Of a stretch of 64,000 nt of DNA, positions 38,228 through 47,665 are shown one piece after another (the stretch's first letter is position 1; each line of letters starts with the position of its first letter). The position numbers were made by a program, and so were the translations under genes. This stretch comes from Phenylobacterium sp. (GTDB lineage: Bacteria; Pseudomonadota; Alphaproteobacteria; Caulobacterales; Caulobacteraceae): NCBI RefSeq assembly GCF_035569475.1, contig NZ_DATMNA010000094.1, forward strand, positions 20,125-84,124, given 5' to 3'. The notes below the pieces were generated by a model, which was not told where the DNA came from, did no database searches, and saw nothing but the letters and a program-made list of their open reading frames with translations.

Positions 38228-39610
38228 TCACCCCATCCAGCCCAGCGGCGCGCCCACGCTCGCCCGGCCCGGCCGCCGGACCGCGGCCCCGCCGCTGCGG
38301 TTGGCCGCGAACTCGCCGAAGGCGTCGGCCCCGTGGCTCGACTCGTCGTGCAGCGGCCCGCCATAGCTGCGCGTGGCCCGGTTCCACCGCTTGCGGTAGC
38401 CGCGCAGCCGCTCCAGCCCGCCGGCGCACTTCTCCGCGTCGAACCAGGTCATCGGGATCATCAGCCGCCCGGCGTTGATCCGCTCCTCCGGGTCCATCGC
38501 CGCCCCCACCGAGATCGGCGACAGCCCCAGCCCGCCCAGGGTCTCGAACCGCGAACGCCCCGCCGCCCCCAGCTCGCGCACCATCACGTCGTGCGGCAGG
38601 TGGTGCGTCCCATAGGTGTAGGGCTTGCCGGCCAGCCCGGCCTGCACGATTCCCGCCAGCCCCTCGCCGGAGGCCTCGAAATAGTCGATGGCGCGCACCT
38701 CGCGGCCGGCCTGCTGGAAGAACCAGATGGCCGTATAGTCGTCGATGCCCAGGTCCCAGGCGGTGTCCACGCGCAGCGCCGGATCGAACGGCACGCGCCC
38801 GATCCGCCCTTCCCGCTCGGCGTCCCGCAACAGCGGCGCGTAGTAGGCGCCCGGCGCCGCGGCGTCGAAATCCACCAGATATTCCGACGCGTACCGCGCC
38901 TCGCCCTCCTCCACCGATCCCAGCTCGGCGATCATCTCCGCCCGCTCCCGCTCCAGTTGCTCGGGCGTGAACACGTCGGTCAGCGTCGCCGGCGACCTGA
39001 GCGTGAACCACTCGTCCTTCCGCAGCCGGCGGCTCTCGAACGCCCGCGTCGCATGCCCCCGCCCGCGCGGCGTCCACAGGAACAGCGCCCAGCCCCCGTT
39101 TTCCGCCAGGATCGGCCGGATGAAGCTCCACGCCTCCGGCTTGGCCAACGACCACTCGGAAAACACCACGCCCACCGGCGATGACCCCACCAGGCTGTTG
39201 TAGTTGTCCGATCCCGCCACCTGCCATGTGGAGCCGTTCGCCAGTTCCAGCTTCATCTCGCCGTTGAAGCGCCGCGCCCGCACCTCGCGCGGAAACGCCT
39301 CGTCGATCCGCCGCTTGCCGGTATGCGGGTTCACCGCGTCCCAGATCGCCTTGCGCCCCTGCGACGCCTCGGGAAGCAGGTGCCAGTAGCTGCCGACCCG
39401 CTGCGACGCCGACAGCGCCGCCCAGCGCAGCGCGACATCGTCCTTCCCCCACCGGCGATGGGCCACCACGTCGGCGCGCGTGCAGCCGTCCAGCAGCGCC
39501 TCCCACAGCTCGACCTGATGCGGTCGCGGCATCCAGTCGACCGGCATGCGCAGGCGCGGGACCGCCTCGTCCTCCGTGGGCGCGGGCGCTGCCTTGCGCC
39601 GACCGCTCAT
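38228..39610 (-). CDS. terL: Phage terminase large subunit
   Basis: Walker A HRRWGKD, Walker B GVVFSE, nuclease TAWDLG and SHGADAF. Confidence 0.9.
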   Translation of the reverse strand: MSGRRKAAPAPTEDEAVPRLRMPVDWMPRPHQVELWEALLDGCTRADVVAHRRWGKDDVALRWAALSASQRVGSYWHLLPEASQGRKAIWDAVNPHTGKRRIDEAFPREVRARRFNGEMKLELANGSTWQVAGSDNYNSLVGSSPVGVVFSEWSLAKPEAWSFIRPILAENGGWALFLWTPRGRGHATRAFESRRLRKDEWFTLRSPATLTDVFTPEQLERERAEMIAELGSVEEGEARYASEYLVDFDAAAPGAYYAPLLRDAEREGRIGRVPFDPALRVDTAWDLGIDDYTAIWFFQQAGREVRAIDYFEASGEGLAGIVQAGLAGKPYTYGTHHLPHDVMVRELGAAGRSRFETLGGLGLSPISVGAAMDPEERINAGRLMIPMTWFDAEKCAGGLERLRGYRKRWNRATRSYGGPLHDESSHGADAFGEFAANRSGGAAVRRPGRASVGAPLGWMG

Positions 39611-40140
39611 TGCGGCGTCCGCCGCGAGCGCGACGCCGCCGGGCGGACTTCCCGCACATAGACGCTCCCGTCCGGCCGCGTGACCTTCTCGAACCGCCGC
39701 ACCTCGATGATCAGGCGCTGGGTCTGGGTGTCCTCGGCGTCGTCATGGACATCGCTGCGCGTCCCGTAGCGGCGAGGCGCAGCCTTCGCCGCCCGCCACT
39801 GCAAGGCTCCCACATGCAGCCGGTCCGCCTGCACCGTCGCCGCCGTCGCCGCCTCGGCCACCGCCAGCGCCTTGTCGGCCCGCAGGTCCGCGGCCATCTC
39901 GCGCGCCTGGGCCAGCGCCTCGGCGAACTCCGGATGCTTGCGCTGCCATGCGTAGAGCGTCGTGTAGCTCGGCATCCGCCCGGTGTTGGCGATCCGGAAC
40001 CAGGCCTCGCCGTTGGCGATCCGCTCGCAGATCTCCCGGGTGATCTTCTGCGAATACCGCACGCAGACCACCGTCCCGTCGACGCGCACAGTCTTGCCCG
40101 CGGGCCCGTTGCCCCGCGAGTTCGATGTCCTCTTGGGCAT
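39607..40140 (-). CDS. terS: Phage terminase small subunit
   Basis: ICERIANGE...MPSYTTLYAW...PEF...WRAAKAAPRRYG; ATGA-coupled to terL; GAGG RBS. Confidence 0.85.
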   Translation of the reverse strand: MPKRTSNSRGNGPAGKTVRVDGTVVCVRYSQKITREICERIANGEAWFRIANTGRMPSYTTLYAWQRKHPEFAEALAQAREMAADLRADKALAVAEAATAATVQADRLHVGALQWRAAKAAPRRYGTRSDVHDDAEDTQTQRLIIEVRRFEKVTRPDGSVYVREVRPAASRSRRTPQ

Positions 40141-40186
40141 CGGAACCTCCTCAGTTGTGGATTTGGCGCGGAGCCTCAGCCCCGAC

Positions 40187-40217
40187 CCCGCTCATCCCCG
40201 CGAAGGCGGGGAGCCAG
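40187..40217. repeat. REP-like palindromic element
   Basis: TCATCCCCGCGAAGGCGGGGA hairpin, resembling alphaproteobacterial intergenic repeats. Confidence 0.5.
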
Positions 40218-40483
40218 GTTTTTTGGCTGCGGCCGGACGCGATGAACTAAGCGATGAACCAAGGGGACAGGACGACCTGTCCCTAACAGCGCACCGGGAC
40301 CCGGCCGGCGCCCCGTCGGCGCGGTCCGAAGTTGAAGAGAAGGCCCAGCGGGACCTGGCTAGGGGCGGATGTCAGCTATGCGCAGCAAGCGGAAGCCGAC
40401 ACGGCGCCCTAGAGCGGACTCCCGCAAAGCCGCCGAAGGGTGGGAAGCTGTTCCTTTCCAAGGAAAAGCCCGCCGGGGAGGAT

Positions 40484-40675
40484 TCACTGGTCACGGAAAA
40501 CCACCTCTAGCGGCAGACCGAAGAGGCGTGCGATCCTGAAGGCGAGCGGCAGGCTGGGGTCATACCTGCCAGTCTCGATGGAGTTCACCGTCTGGCGCGA
40601 CACATCGAGACGTTCAGCCAGTTCCGCCTGGCTCCAACCCCGTTGCGCGCGCAGCTCCTTCAGGCAGTTGTCCAT
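40484..40675 (-). CDS. XRE-family HTH regulator
   Basis: WSQAELAERLDVSRQTVNSIETGRYDPSLPLAF. Confidence 0.92.
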   Translation of the reverse strand: MDNCLKELRAQRGWSQAELAERLDVSRQTVNSIETGRYDPSLPLAFRIARLFGLPLEVVFRDQ

Positions 40676-40684
40676 GCGTGGCCG

Positions 40685-41131
40685 CTAGCGTTTCGCCATC
40701 CGCTGCGCGGCCCGGGCGATCAAGGTGCTCAGCAGTTGGGCAAGAACGAGTCCGCCCCATCCCAGAGTGAAGAGTGCGCCGGGCGTGCTGCGGCGTCCGA
40801 GGAGATGCTCGAGAAAGGCGCCTCCGCCCACAAGGCAGAACACCATGACCGGCGCGGTGAGCAAGATGGCCGCGGTGGATCCAATGAACCAGGAGGTCTT
40901 GCGGGTTTCCTGTTCCCTCTCGTCAAGCCGGCGCCACGAGACCAACCAACCCACAGCGATCACCCAAGCCAGGCTCGCGAACTTGGCCAGCGCCAGCCAG
41001 GGCGCCGCCGCCTGGACGTCGGGGCCCAAGATGGCCCACGAAACCGCTGATCCGCCGAGCCAAATTACCACCGCGCCGACAACGGCCAATGCAACAGATC
41101 GAATGAATGCGACGTGTCGACGGCTGGGCAT
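40685..41131 (-). CDS. Membrane protein paired with XRE regulator
   Basis: Four TM segments, LDEREQ motif. Confidence 0.7.
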   Translation of the reverse strand: MPSRRHVAFIRSVALAVVGAVVIWLGGSAVSWAILGPDVQAAAPWLALAKFASLAWVIAVGWLVSWRRLDEREQETRKTSWFIGSTAAILLTAPVMVFCLVGGGAFLEHLLGRRSTPGALFTLGWGGLVLAQLLSTLIARAAQRMAKR

Positions 41132-41146
41132 AGCTCGAAAATCCAA

Positions 41147-41198
41147 ATGACAAACAACCTTGTCATACCTGTCCGGCAACGTCAAACATCCTTGTCAT
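41147..41198. promoter_or_regulatory. Tandem operators, probably for the downstream XRE protein
   Basis: ATGACAA-N6-TTGTCAT (41147-41166) and a second imperfect copy (41179-41198). Confidence 0.65.
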
Positions 41199-41519
41199 CG
41201 CCCGTCGCGGCGGCACGCTTGTGTGGGTCGAGAGCTCGTGGTCACGCAGCGTCGGGTCATCTGAAGTCGATATGTGCGAGCGCCTGACAGGTCGGGGACG
41301 AAATCGAACAGGCGTCGAGAGTGGACGTTTGGAACGTCCGCTATGGGTCGAAAGCGGTCTCAGACTTCCACCTCGAGAGCGGACTTGCCCGACGCCGCCT
41401 GAGAGTCACGATCAGGCACTCTTGACCCCTCCCCGCCGCCCCGCGCACCCTCCGCGCCGTCCCGGTTCCCGCAGCCGGACGCCGGAAACCACAAGCGGGC
41501 CCACGGGGATGGACCACAG

Positions 41520-43037
41520 ATGACCCTTCGCACGACCCTCGCCGCCGCGGCGGTTCTCGCCCTGGCCGGCCTCGCCGCGCCCGCCTTCGCCGCCGACACC
41601 GTGAAGGTGGCGCAAGGGACGCTCCACGGCGCCACGGCCGGCCCGGTGGCCAGCTTCAAGAACATCCCCTTCGCCGCCCCGCCGGTGGGCGACCTGCGCT
41701 GGCGGCCGCCGCAATCTCCCGCGTCCTGGACCGGCGTTCGCGACGCCACGGCCTACGGCCCCATGTGCATGCAGATGCGCCAGGTCACCCCCGACGTGAA
41801 GCAGTCGGAGGACTGCCTCACCCTCAACGTCTGGACGCCCGCCGGCTTCAAGCCGGGCGGCAAGCTGCCGGTGATGGTGTTCATCCACGGCGGCTCCTTC
41901 ACCGGCGGCTCGGGCTCCAACGCCATCTATGACGGGACCCACTTCGCCGAGCGCGGCGTGGTGCTGGTGACGGTCAACTACCGCCTGGGACGCCTGGGCT
42001 TCTTCGCCCATCCGGCGCTGACCGCCGAGCAGCCCGGCGCCCCGCTCGCCAACTACGGCATGATGGACAACATCGCGGCCCTGAAGTGGGTGCAGGCCAA
42101 TATCGCCGCCTTCGGGGGCGATCCGAAAAACGTCACGGCCTTCGGCGAGAGCGCCGGCGGCATCCTGATCAACGACCTGATGGCCTCGCCCCAGGCCAGG
42201 GGCCTGTTCGCCAAGGCGATCTCGGAGTCCGGCTTCGGCCGCGTGCCGGGCCTGCCCATGGCCGCCGCCGAGAAGGCGGGCGTGGCCTACGCCACCGGCC
42301 TTGGCGTCGCCGGAACCGGCCCCGACGCCGTGAAGGCCCTGCGCGCGCTTCCCGCCGACCAGCTTTCCAAGGCCACCGGCCAGATCACCCCGATCGTCGA
42401 CGGCAAGGTGATGCCCGAGGGCCCCGCCGCGGCCTTCGCCGCCGGCCGCGAGCTGAAGGTCCCCTAAATCGCCGGCGGCAACAGTTGGGAGGCGAGCCTC
42501 TTCCCCAACAACACCCCGCTCGACAACGCCGGCCCGCTCCGCGACAAGCTCGTCGCCGTCTACGGCAGCCCGGCGGACCTCAAGAACGTCCAGTGGGACC
42601 TGGCCACCGAGGCCATGGTTATCGAGCCCGATCGCCTGCTCGCCCGCCTGCACGTCAGGAACGGCCAGAAGGCCTGGGTCTACTACGACAGCTACATCCC
42701 GGCGTCGCAGCGTCCGACGACCCACGGCCTCGCCCACGGCGGGGAGCTGATGTACGTCTTCGGCACCCTCCCCGACCACGACCGCGTCCAGGGAACCCGC
42801 ACCATCCCGGCGGCCACCCCGGACGACCGCAAGTCCGGCGCCGCCATGACCGACGCCTGGGTCGCCTTCGCCAAGGCCGGCGATCCCAGCACGCCCGCCG
42901 CCGCCTGGCCGGCCTACACGCCCGCCAACGACACCGTGCTCGAGTTCGGCGCCGACGGCGTCCACGCCCGCGCCGCCTTCCACAAGCCTTCCCTCGACCT
43001 GGTGGAACAGCTCGCCGCCGCGAACGCGGGGCGTTGA
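41520..43037 (+). pseudogene. Type-B carboxylesterase interrupted by one in-frame TAA
   Basis: SEDCLTLNVW, FGESAGG, HGGEL; KVP*IAGGN at 42465-42467, frame continues to 43037. Confidence 0.85.
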
Positions 43038-43085
43038 GAGGCCAAGTCTAGGGCTCATCGACATTCAGGCCGGCGCCTAAGGCTG

Positions 43086-43245
43086 CCTCCTCCCCTTGTG
43101 GGAGGAGGTGGCCCGCGCAGCGGGTCGGAGGTGGGGTTTCTCGGCCTCCCGGCGCAGCTCGAAGCTCAGTCTCGCGCCGAGAGCCCAGCGCGACCCCACC
43201 TCCGTCAGCCCTCCGGCTGACACCTCCTCCCGCAAGGGGAGGAGG
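43086..43245. repeat. CIR-like palindromic intergenic element
   Basis: 25-bp terminal inverted repeats CCTCCTCCCCTTG(T/C)GGGAGGAGGTG with internal hairpins. Confidence 0.75.
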
Positions 43246-43277
43246 AAGACCCGGGTCCCCGCTGGACGCCGCCCACG

Positions 43278-43306
43278 AAAAAGGGCGGCCCAGTGACCGC
43301 CCTTTC
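43278..43306 (-). terminator. Intrinsic terminator (paralogous copy at 43711-43738)
   Basis: AAAAGGGCGG-loop-CCGCCCTTT after each of the two paralogous genes. Confidence 0.7.
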
Positions 43307-43331
43307 CCTTGTCTGAAATCAGGTTCACGCC

Positions 43332-43604
43332 TTAGCGCGGAACCCAGACGCCGTGCTCGTAGTAGCCACGGCCCTCGTGATAGTCGCGCCAGTGGTGCTC
43401 GCGATCGCTGTCCCAATGCTGGTGGAAATACCAGTCGTCGGGATGGGACCGCAGCACGACGTGCGGATAGACGACGCGGTTGTCGACGTGCCAGCAGTCG
43501 CCCTCGGCGTTGCATACGATCCGCGCCGAGGCGGCGCCGGCGGTCGCCAGCGCGCCGATGCCGATGACAGCGGCGATCGCCGCGACGGGTAATTTGGTCT
43601 TCAT
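43332..43604 (-). CDS. Small secreted protein (paralog 1)
   Basis: Signal peptide ending ASA; RIVCNAEGDCWH...HPDDWY...GRGYY..GVWVPR. Confidence 0.8.
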   Translation of the reverse strand: MKTKLPVAAIAAVIGIGALATAGAASARIVCNAEGDCWHVDNRVVYPHVVLRSHPDDWYFHQHWDSDREHHWRDYHEGRGYYEHGVWVPR

Positions 43605-43762
43605 AGGGTCTCTCTCCAATCTCGCCGCCGCGCCCTCGGTCGCGGTGTGGCTGGCGGGAAAAACGCCGAACGCCCGACCGGGGTTGCGCGGCCCGCCCCA
43701 TCGCCCAAGCAAAAAGGGCGGCCCGAAGACCGCCCTTTCGCTACATTTTCAGCTCGGTTGGG

Positions 43763-44041
43763 CTAGCGCGGAACCCAGACGCCGTGGGCGTAGTAGCCGC
43801 GGCCTTCATGCGTGTCCCGCCAATGGCGCTGGTTGCTCTGGTCCCACTTCTGGTGGAAGTACCAGTCGTCCGGGTGGGACTGCACCACAACGTGCCGGCC
43901 ATAGGTGGCTCGGCTGTCGGTGTGCCAGCAGTCGCCGTCGGCGTTGCAGACCACGCGGGCCGAGGCGGTTCCAGCGCTGACGGCCACGCCGCCAAGGCCC
44001 AGGACAGCGGCGATCGCCACTGCGGACAGGGTGATTTTCAC
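43763..44041 (-). CDS. Small secreted protein (paralog 2)
   Basis: GTG start after GGAG; RVVCNADGDCWH...HPDDWY...GRGYY..GVWVPR. Confidence 0.8.
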   Translation of the reverse strand: MKITLSAVAIAAVLGLGGVAVSAGTASARVVCNADGDCWHTDSRATYGRHVVVQSHPDDWYFHQKWDQSNQRHWRDTHEGRGYYAHGVWVPR

Positions 44042-44161
44042 GTTCGGTACATCTCCCAATTTCGCCGTGGCGCGAAAGCGCGACGGAGCCGCCAACCAAC
44101 GCCGGGCCCCCGTCGAGGTTGCGCGGACTGCGCCGTTTCCGGTCCGATCGATCCCTGGCCG

Positions 44162-44830
44162 CTAGTTACGCTGCCACGGCGGAACCTCGTCGCGGGCGCT
44201 GCGGATGCTGTCGCGGAGCCGCGAAAGGCGTCCTTCCAGATAGAACCGGTCGGAGTCGCGAAGCCGTCCGCCGGCGTGTCGCATCATCCGCCCCTGGGTG
44301 GCGCGGATGTCGTTCAGCGCGGCCTGGGCCCGGAAGGCTTCGTGCCGGCTCAGCGTTCCGTCGCCGCGCCCGCGGTCGATGCGTTCCTGGATCCAGGATT
44401 CGCGCCGCTCCAGGGTCCAGTCGCCGGCGACGGGGGGCGGCGCGACGACCGGCGGCGCGGCCACCGGCGGGGCGCCCGGCCCCGGCCCGTGCTCGCGCAT
44501 CCAGTGGATCGAGCGGCTGAGGCCGTCGAGCCGTTCCTGCAGGCGGCCGCGGTCCATCTCGCTGAGCTCGCCGCCGGTGCGCGCCCGCATCCGATCCTGC
44601 TCCTCGCGGATCGAGGTCAGCTCGCGCATGGCGCGGTCCGCCTCGCCCCGGTCGATCTGGCCCGCGCGGATGCCGTCGTCGATGCGGTGCTGCAGGGTAT
44701 CGAGCTGTTCGCGAAGGTCGTGGCCGGGGCGCACGGCGCCGGCCGCCGGCGGGGCGTAGGGCTGGGCGAGCGTCGGCGCGGCGCCGCAAAGGGCCGTAGC
44801 GCACAGGGCGATCGCCAGTAACGACTTCAT
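44162..44830 (-). CDS. Secreted protein with two internal helical repeats
   Basis: Signal peptide; RIDDGIRAGQI..E / RIDRGRGDGTL..E repeats. Confidence 0.75.
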   Translation of the reverse strand: MKSLLAIALCATALCGAAPTLAQPYAPPAAGAVRPGHDLREQLDTLQHRIDDGIRAGQIDRGEADRAMRELTSIREEQDRMRARTGGELSEMDRGRLQERLDGLSRSIHWMREHGPGPGAPPVAAPPVVAPPPVAGDWTLERRESWIQERIDRGRGDGTLSRHEAFRAQAALNDIRATQGRMMRHAGGRLRDSDRFYLEGRLSRLRDSIRSARDEVPPWQRN

Positions 44831-45280
44831 CTTGTTTCTCTCCTGGGAAGGGCCCCGCCCCAATATTGCAGGATCGAAACGTTGCCCCGCCCACAAGGTT
44901 GCGGGCCACGGCCGGCCGACCTTTTTAGTTCGAGGTGTCGATCCGCACCCGCCGGGGATGCCGCGTCGGCGGCAGCCGCCCCTTCACCGAACGCTGCGCC
45001 GTGCGCCAGGCCGGCGGCAGGCCCAACCCCAGGCGGCGCGCGGCGCGCGCATCTGCACCCCGCCGGCGCAACGGCCGCAGCAGGGCGGAAAGGGTCGAAG
45101 CAAAAGACATCATCGCAAAGCCGGGTCCATAAAAGCGAGCCGCGCCGCGCGGCCGGTTCGCCGGCGGCCGCGCTTCATCCCTCGCCCCGCCCGGTGCATG
45201 AAGTGGCGCCGACGCGCACCGCGGCGCACGGTTAAGCCGGCGCCGGCCGATGGGCCGGCGCAGCCATCGACGCTGACGCA

Positions 45281-45326
45281 AACCTAGCGAAATCGCGCGC
45301 GAAAGTCAAGAACAAACGAGGAACAT
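45281..45326 (-). promoter_or_regulatory. LexA (SOS) box abutting a complete sigma70-type promoter, facing the late genes
   Basis: GTTC-CTCGTTT-GTTC (45324-45310), TTGACT, 15 nt, GCTAGGTT. Confidence 0.78.
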
Positions 45327-45445
45327 ACTGCCGCTAGGCGACGGCCGCTACCGAAAGCTTGGAACGGGATCGCCTTTCGCCCGTTGTCGGCAAACGTGCC
45401 GCGGAAGCGCTTTCGCGTTCGTGGCGGGTGGGGCGAAGAGCGGCC

Positions 45446-46513
45446 ATGACTCCCGGATTTGAAGCGTCCGTCGACCGTTCGGCCCTGACGGCGGCCTCCG
45501 AGGTCGTGCGCCTCGCCGAAGCGCAGCGGTCGTTCGACGGCCGTGAGATCTTCTACCGCGACCTTCTGAACGCCCTGCCGGCGGCGATCTACACCACCGA
45601 CGCCCAAGGCAACATCACCTTCTACAACGACGCCGCCGTCGAGTTCGCCGGCCGCCGGCCTGTCCTGGGCGACGCGTGGTGCGTCACCTGGAAGCTCTAC
45701 AACCTCGACGGCACGCCCCTGCCGCACTGCGAATGCCCGATGGCCGTCGCCTTGCGCGAGGGCAAGCCCAATCGCGGCGCGGAGGCCATCGCCGAACGGC
45801 CGGACGGCACCCGCGTCACCTTCATGCCCTATCCGACGCCCCTGTTCGACGCCGAGGGCCGCATGGTCGGCGCGGTGAACATGCTGGTCGACATCACCGA
45901 ACGAAAGGCCGCCGAGGACCGCCAGCGGCTGCTCGCCCACGAGGTCAACCACCGCGCCAACAATATGCTGGCCGTCGTCCAGTCGATGGTGCGCCTCAGC
46001 CGCGCGGAGACCGTCGACGAGTTCCGCGAGACGCTGCACGGCCGCATCCAGGCCCTGGCCCGCGCCCACACCCTGCTCGCCAAGAGCCGCTGGATCGGCG
46101 CCGATCTGCACCTCCTGGTCAGCGAGGAGCTCTCGCCCTTCATGGACGACCGGCCGCAGGTCTGGATCGCCGGGCCGCCGGTGCCCATGGAGCCAGCCGC
46201 CGCCCAGTCCATGGCGATGATCATCCACGAACTGGCCACCAACGCGGTAAAGCACGGCTCCCTCTCCACCGAACGCGGCAAGGTGATGATCGCCTGGCGG
46301 CGCGCCGGCGACGGCCGGGTCACCTTCAAATGGAGCGAGCAGGACGGCCCGCCCGTGCGCTCGCCGCCCACCCGGCGCGGTGTCGGCTCGACGGTCATCG
46401 CCCGCGCCGCCGACCACCTCAAGGCGACCGTCGAAATGGCCTGGACCGCCGATGGCCTTGCCTTCGAGCTTGAGGTTCCCAAACAGGTCCTCACCCTGGA
46501 GGCCGACGGCTAG
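45446..46513 (+). CDS. PAS-domain HWE histidine kinase
   Basis: EVNHRANN, IHELATNAVKHG, WSEQDGP. Confidence 0.9.
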   Translation: MTPGFEASVDRSALTAASEVVRLAEAQRSFDGREIFYRDLLNALPAAIYTTDAQGNITFYNDAAVEFAGRRPVLGDAWCVTWKLYNLDGTPLPHCECPMAVALREGKPNRGAEAIAERPDGTRVTFMPYPTPLFDAEGRMVGAVNMLVDITERKAAEDRQRLLAHEVNHRANNMLAVVQSMVRLSRAETVDEFRETLHGRIQALARAHTLLAKSRWIGADLHLLVSEELSPFMDDRPQVWIAGPPVPMEPAAAQSMAMIIHELATNAVKHGSLSTERGKVMIAWRRAGDGRVTFKWSEQDGPPVRSPPTRRGVGSTVIARAADHLKATVEMAWTADGLAFELEVPKQVLTLEADG

Positions 46514-47087
46514 GATCCAGGCGCAGCAGGTCCAGGGCGACCTTCAGCACGGCCTCGATCCGCGCCGCCTCGCGCTCGCCGCCGCCCGCCTCCCGCGGCG
46601 TCAGCTCCTGGCCGCACACCAGGTCGCAGACGCTGACCAGGTCCGACTGGCCGAGCAGCCGCGCGCGCAAGGCCTCCAGCTCGGCCTCCGCCCTCTGCCG
46701 CCCGGCCGCCTGGCGCAGGAGCTGGGCCAGCGAAGGCCCCGCCGCCAAGCCGCCGCTTGGCTGGACCTCCAGGCTGGAGCCGATCGACGGGCCCGATCCA
46801 GCCCGCCGCCAACACGCCCCATAGGCCTCGCCCGCCGCCTTCTGCGCCGCGGTGATCCGGCCTTTGCGTTCGAGCCAGTCGAGCCCGGCCTGTCGGCGAT
46901 AGGGCGTTTCGCGCTCGCCGCGCCGGGCCTGGGCCTTGTCGAACGCCGAGCCGCGCGCCTCGGCCAGTTCCACGGTCTCGGCCACGCCCTCGGCGACCGC
47001 CCGCGCCTGGGTGCGCGCCCGTTCGCGGGCCTCGAGCTGCTTCAGCCGCTCGCGCATGGCGCGGGCGGGGTCGTAGGCGCGTCCCAT
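46491..47087 (-). CDS. DUF6456-like protein (putative late-gene activator/antiterminator)
   Basis: GLDWLERKGRITAAQKAAGEAY and C-terminal VCDLVCG...LKVALDLL; GGAGGA RBS; Q-like position. Confidence 0.65.
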   Translation of the reverse strand: MGRAYDPARAMRERLKQLEARERARTQARAVAEGVAETVELAEARGSAFDKAQARRGERETPYRRQAGLDWLERKGRITAAQKAAGEAYGACWRRAGSGPSIGSSLEVQPSGGLAAGPSLAQLLRQAAGRQRAEAELEALRARLLGQSDLVSVCDLVCGQELTPREAGGGEREAARIEAVLKVALDLLRLDPSRRPPG

Positions 47088-47125
47088 CACATCCTCCGGA
47101 TTGTCCTGCAAATTCAACGATGGCC

Positions 47126-47323
47126 TCAGCGTCCGCCGCGCGCCACCACGGCGTCGGCCAGCCGGTAGACCGCCTCGCCCGCCGCCCGGTCGCCCTCGAT
47201 CACCACCAGCCCGGCCGCGGTGTGCGCCAGCAGCTCGCGCAGGAACCGCGCCCGCTCCTTCGGCGCCCGGCGGCTGAGCGCGCGGGCCACCATGGCCGCG
47301 GCGTCCTCGCCCGCGCCGCTCAC
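47126..47323 (-). CDS. Small hypothetical phage protein
   Basis: GTGA-coupled to upstream gene, 65 aa. Confidence 0.55.
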   Translation of the reverse strand: MSGAGEDAAAMVARALSRRAPKERARFLRELLAHTAAGLVVIEGDRAAGEAVYRLADAVVARGGR

Positions 47324-47580
47324 CGCCGCCGCTCCGGCAGGGCCGGGAAACCGCCCTCGCCCATCGCGGCGCGCACATGGGCGGCATGCCGCGCGAATCG
47401 CGGCCGCATGGCGTTCGCCCCGCCGCTGGCCCGCCGCAGGAACAGCCGCTCCAACTGCGCCGCCGTCGCCGCCGGCAGGTCGAGTTGCACGCCGGCCAGG
47501 TCCGGTGGGACGCCGCCATGGCGGCAGGCCGCGTAGCTGGCGGCGATGAGGGTCGGGCTGGGCGGTTTGAACGGCTTCAT
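47320..47580 (-). CDS. Small protein in Cro position (possible HTH)
   Basis: 86 aa, divergent from the CI-like repressor. Confidence 0.5.
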   Translation of the reverse strand: MKPFKPPSPTLIAASYAACRHGGVPPDLAGVQLDLPAATAAQLERLFLRRASGGANAMRPRFARHAAHVRAAMGEGGFPALPERRR

Positions 47581-47665
47581 GTCCGCCACCGTACAAAACA
47601 TGCGGTGCTTGCGCCAAAGGAAATCGTACTTTATCTGCTGAAAAATCTTCTGCCGGAGATTTCCT

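Noticed and set aside
34816-38478. 1220-aa plus-strand ORF and other long shadow ORFs (e.g. 21983-23866, 28598-30793, 60650-62617)
   Set aside because: Antisense to well-supported genes; expected in high-GC DNA; no recognisable motifs
40239-40259. GAAC...GAAC upstream of terS as a LexA box
   Set aside because: Spacing is 8 nt rather than 7; only a 9-bp direct repeat (GCGATGAAC)
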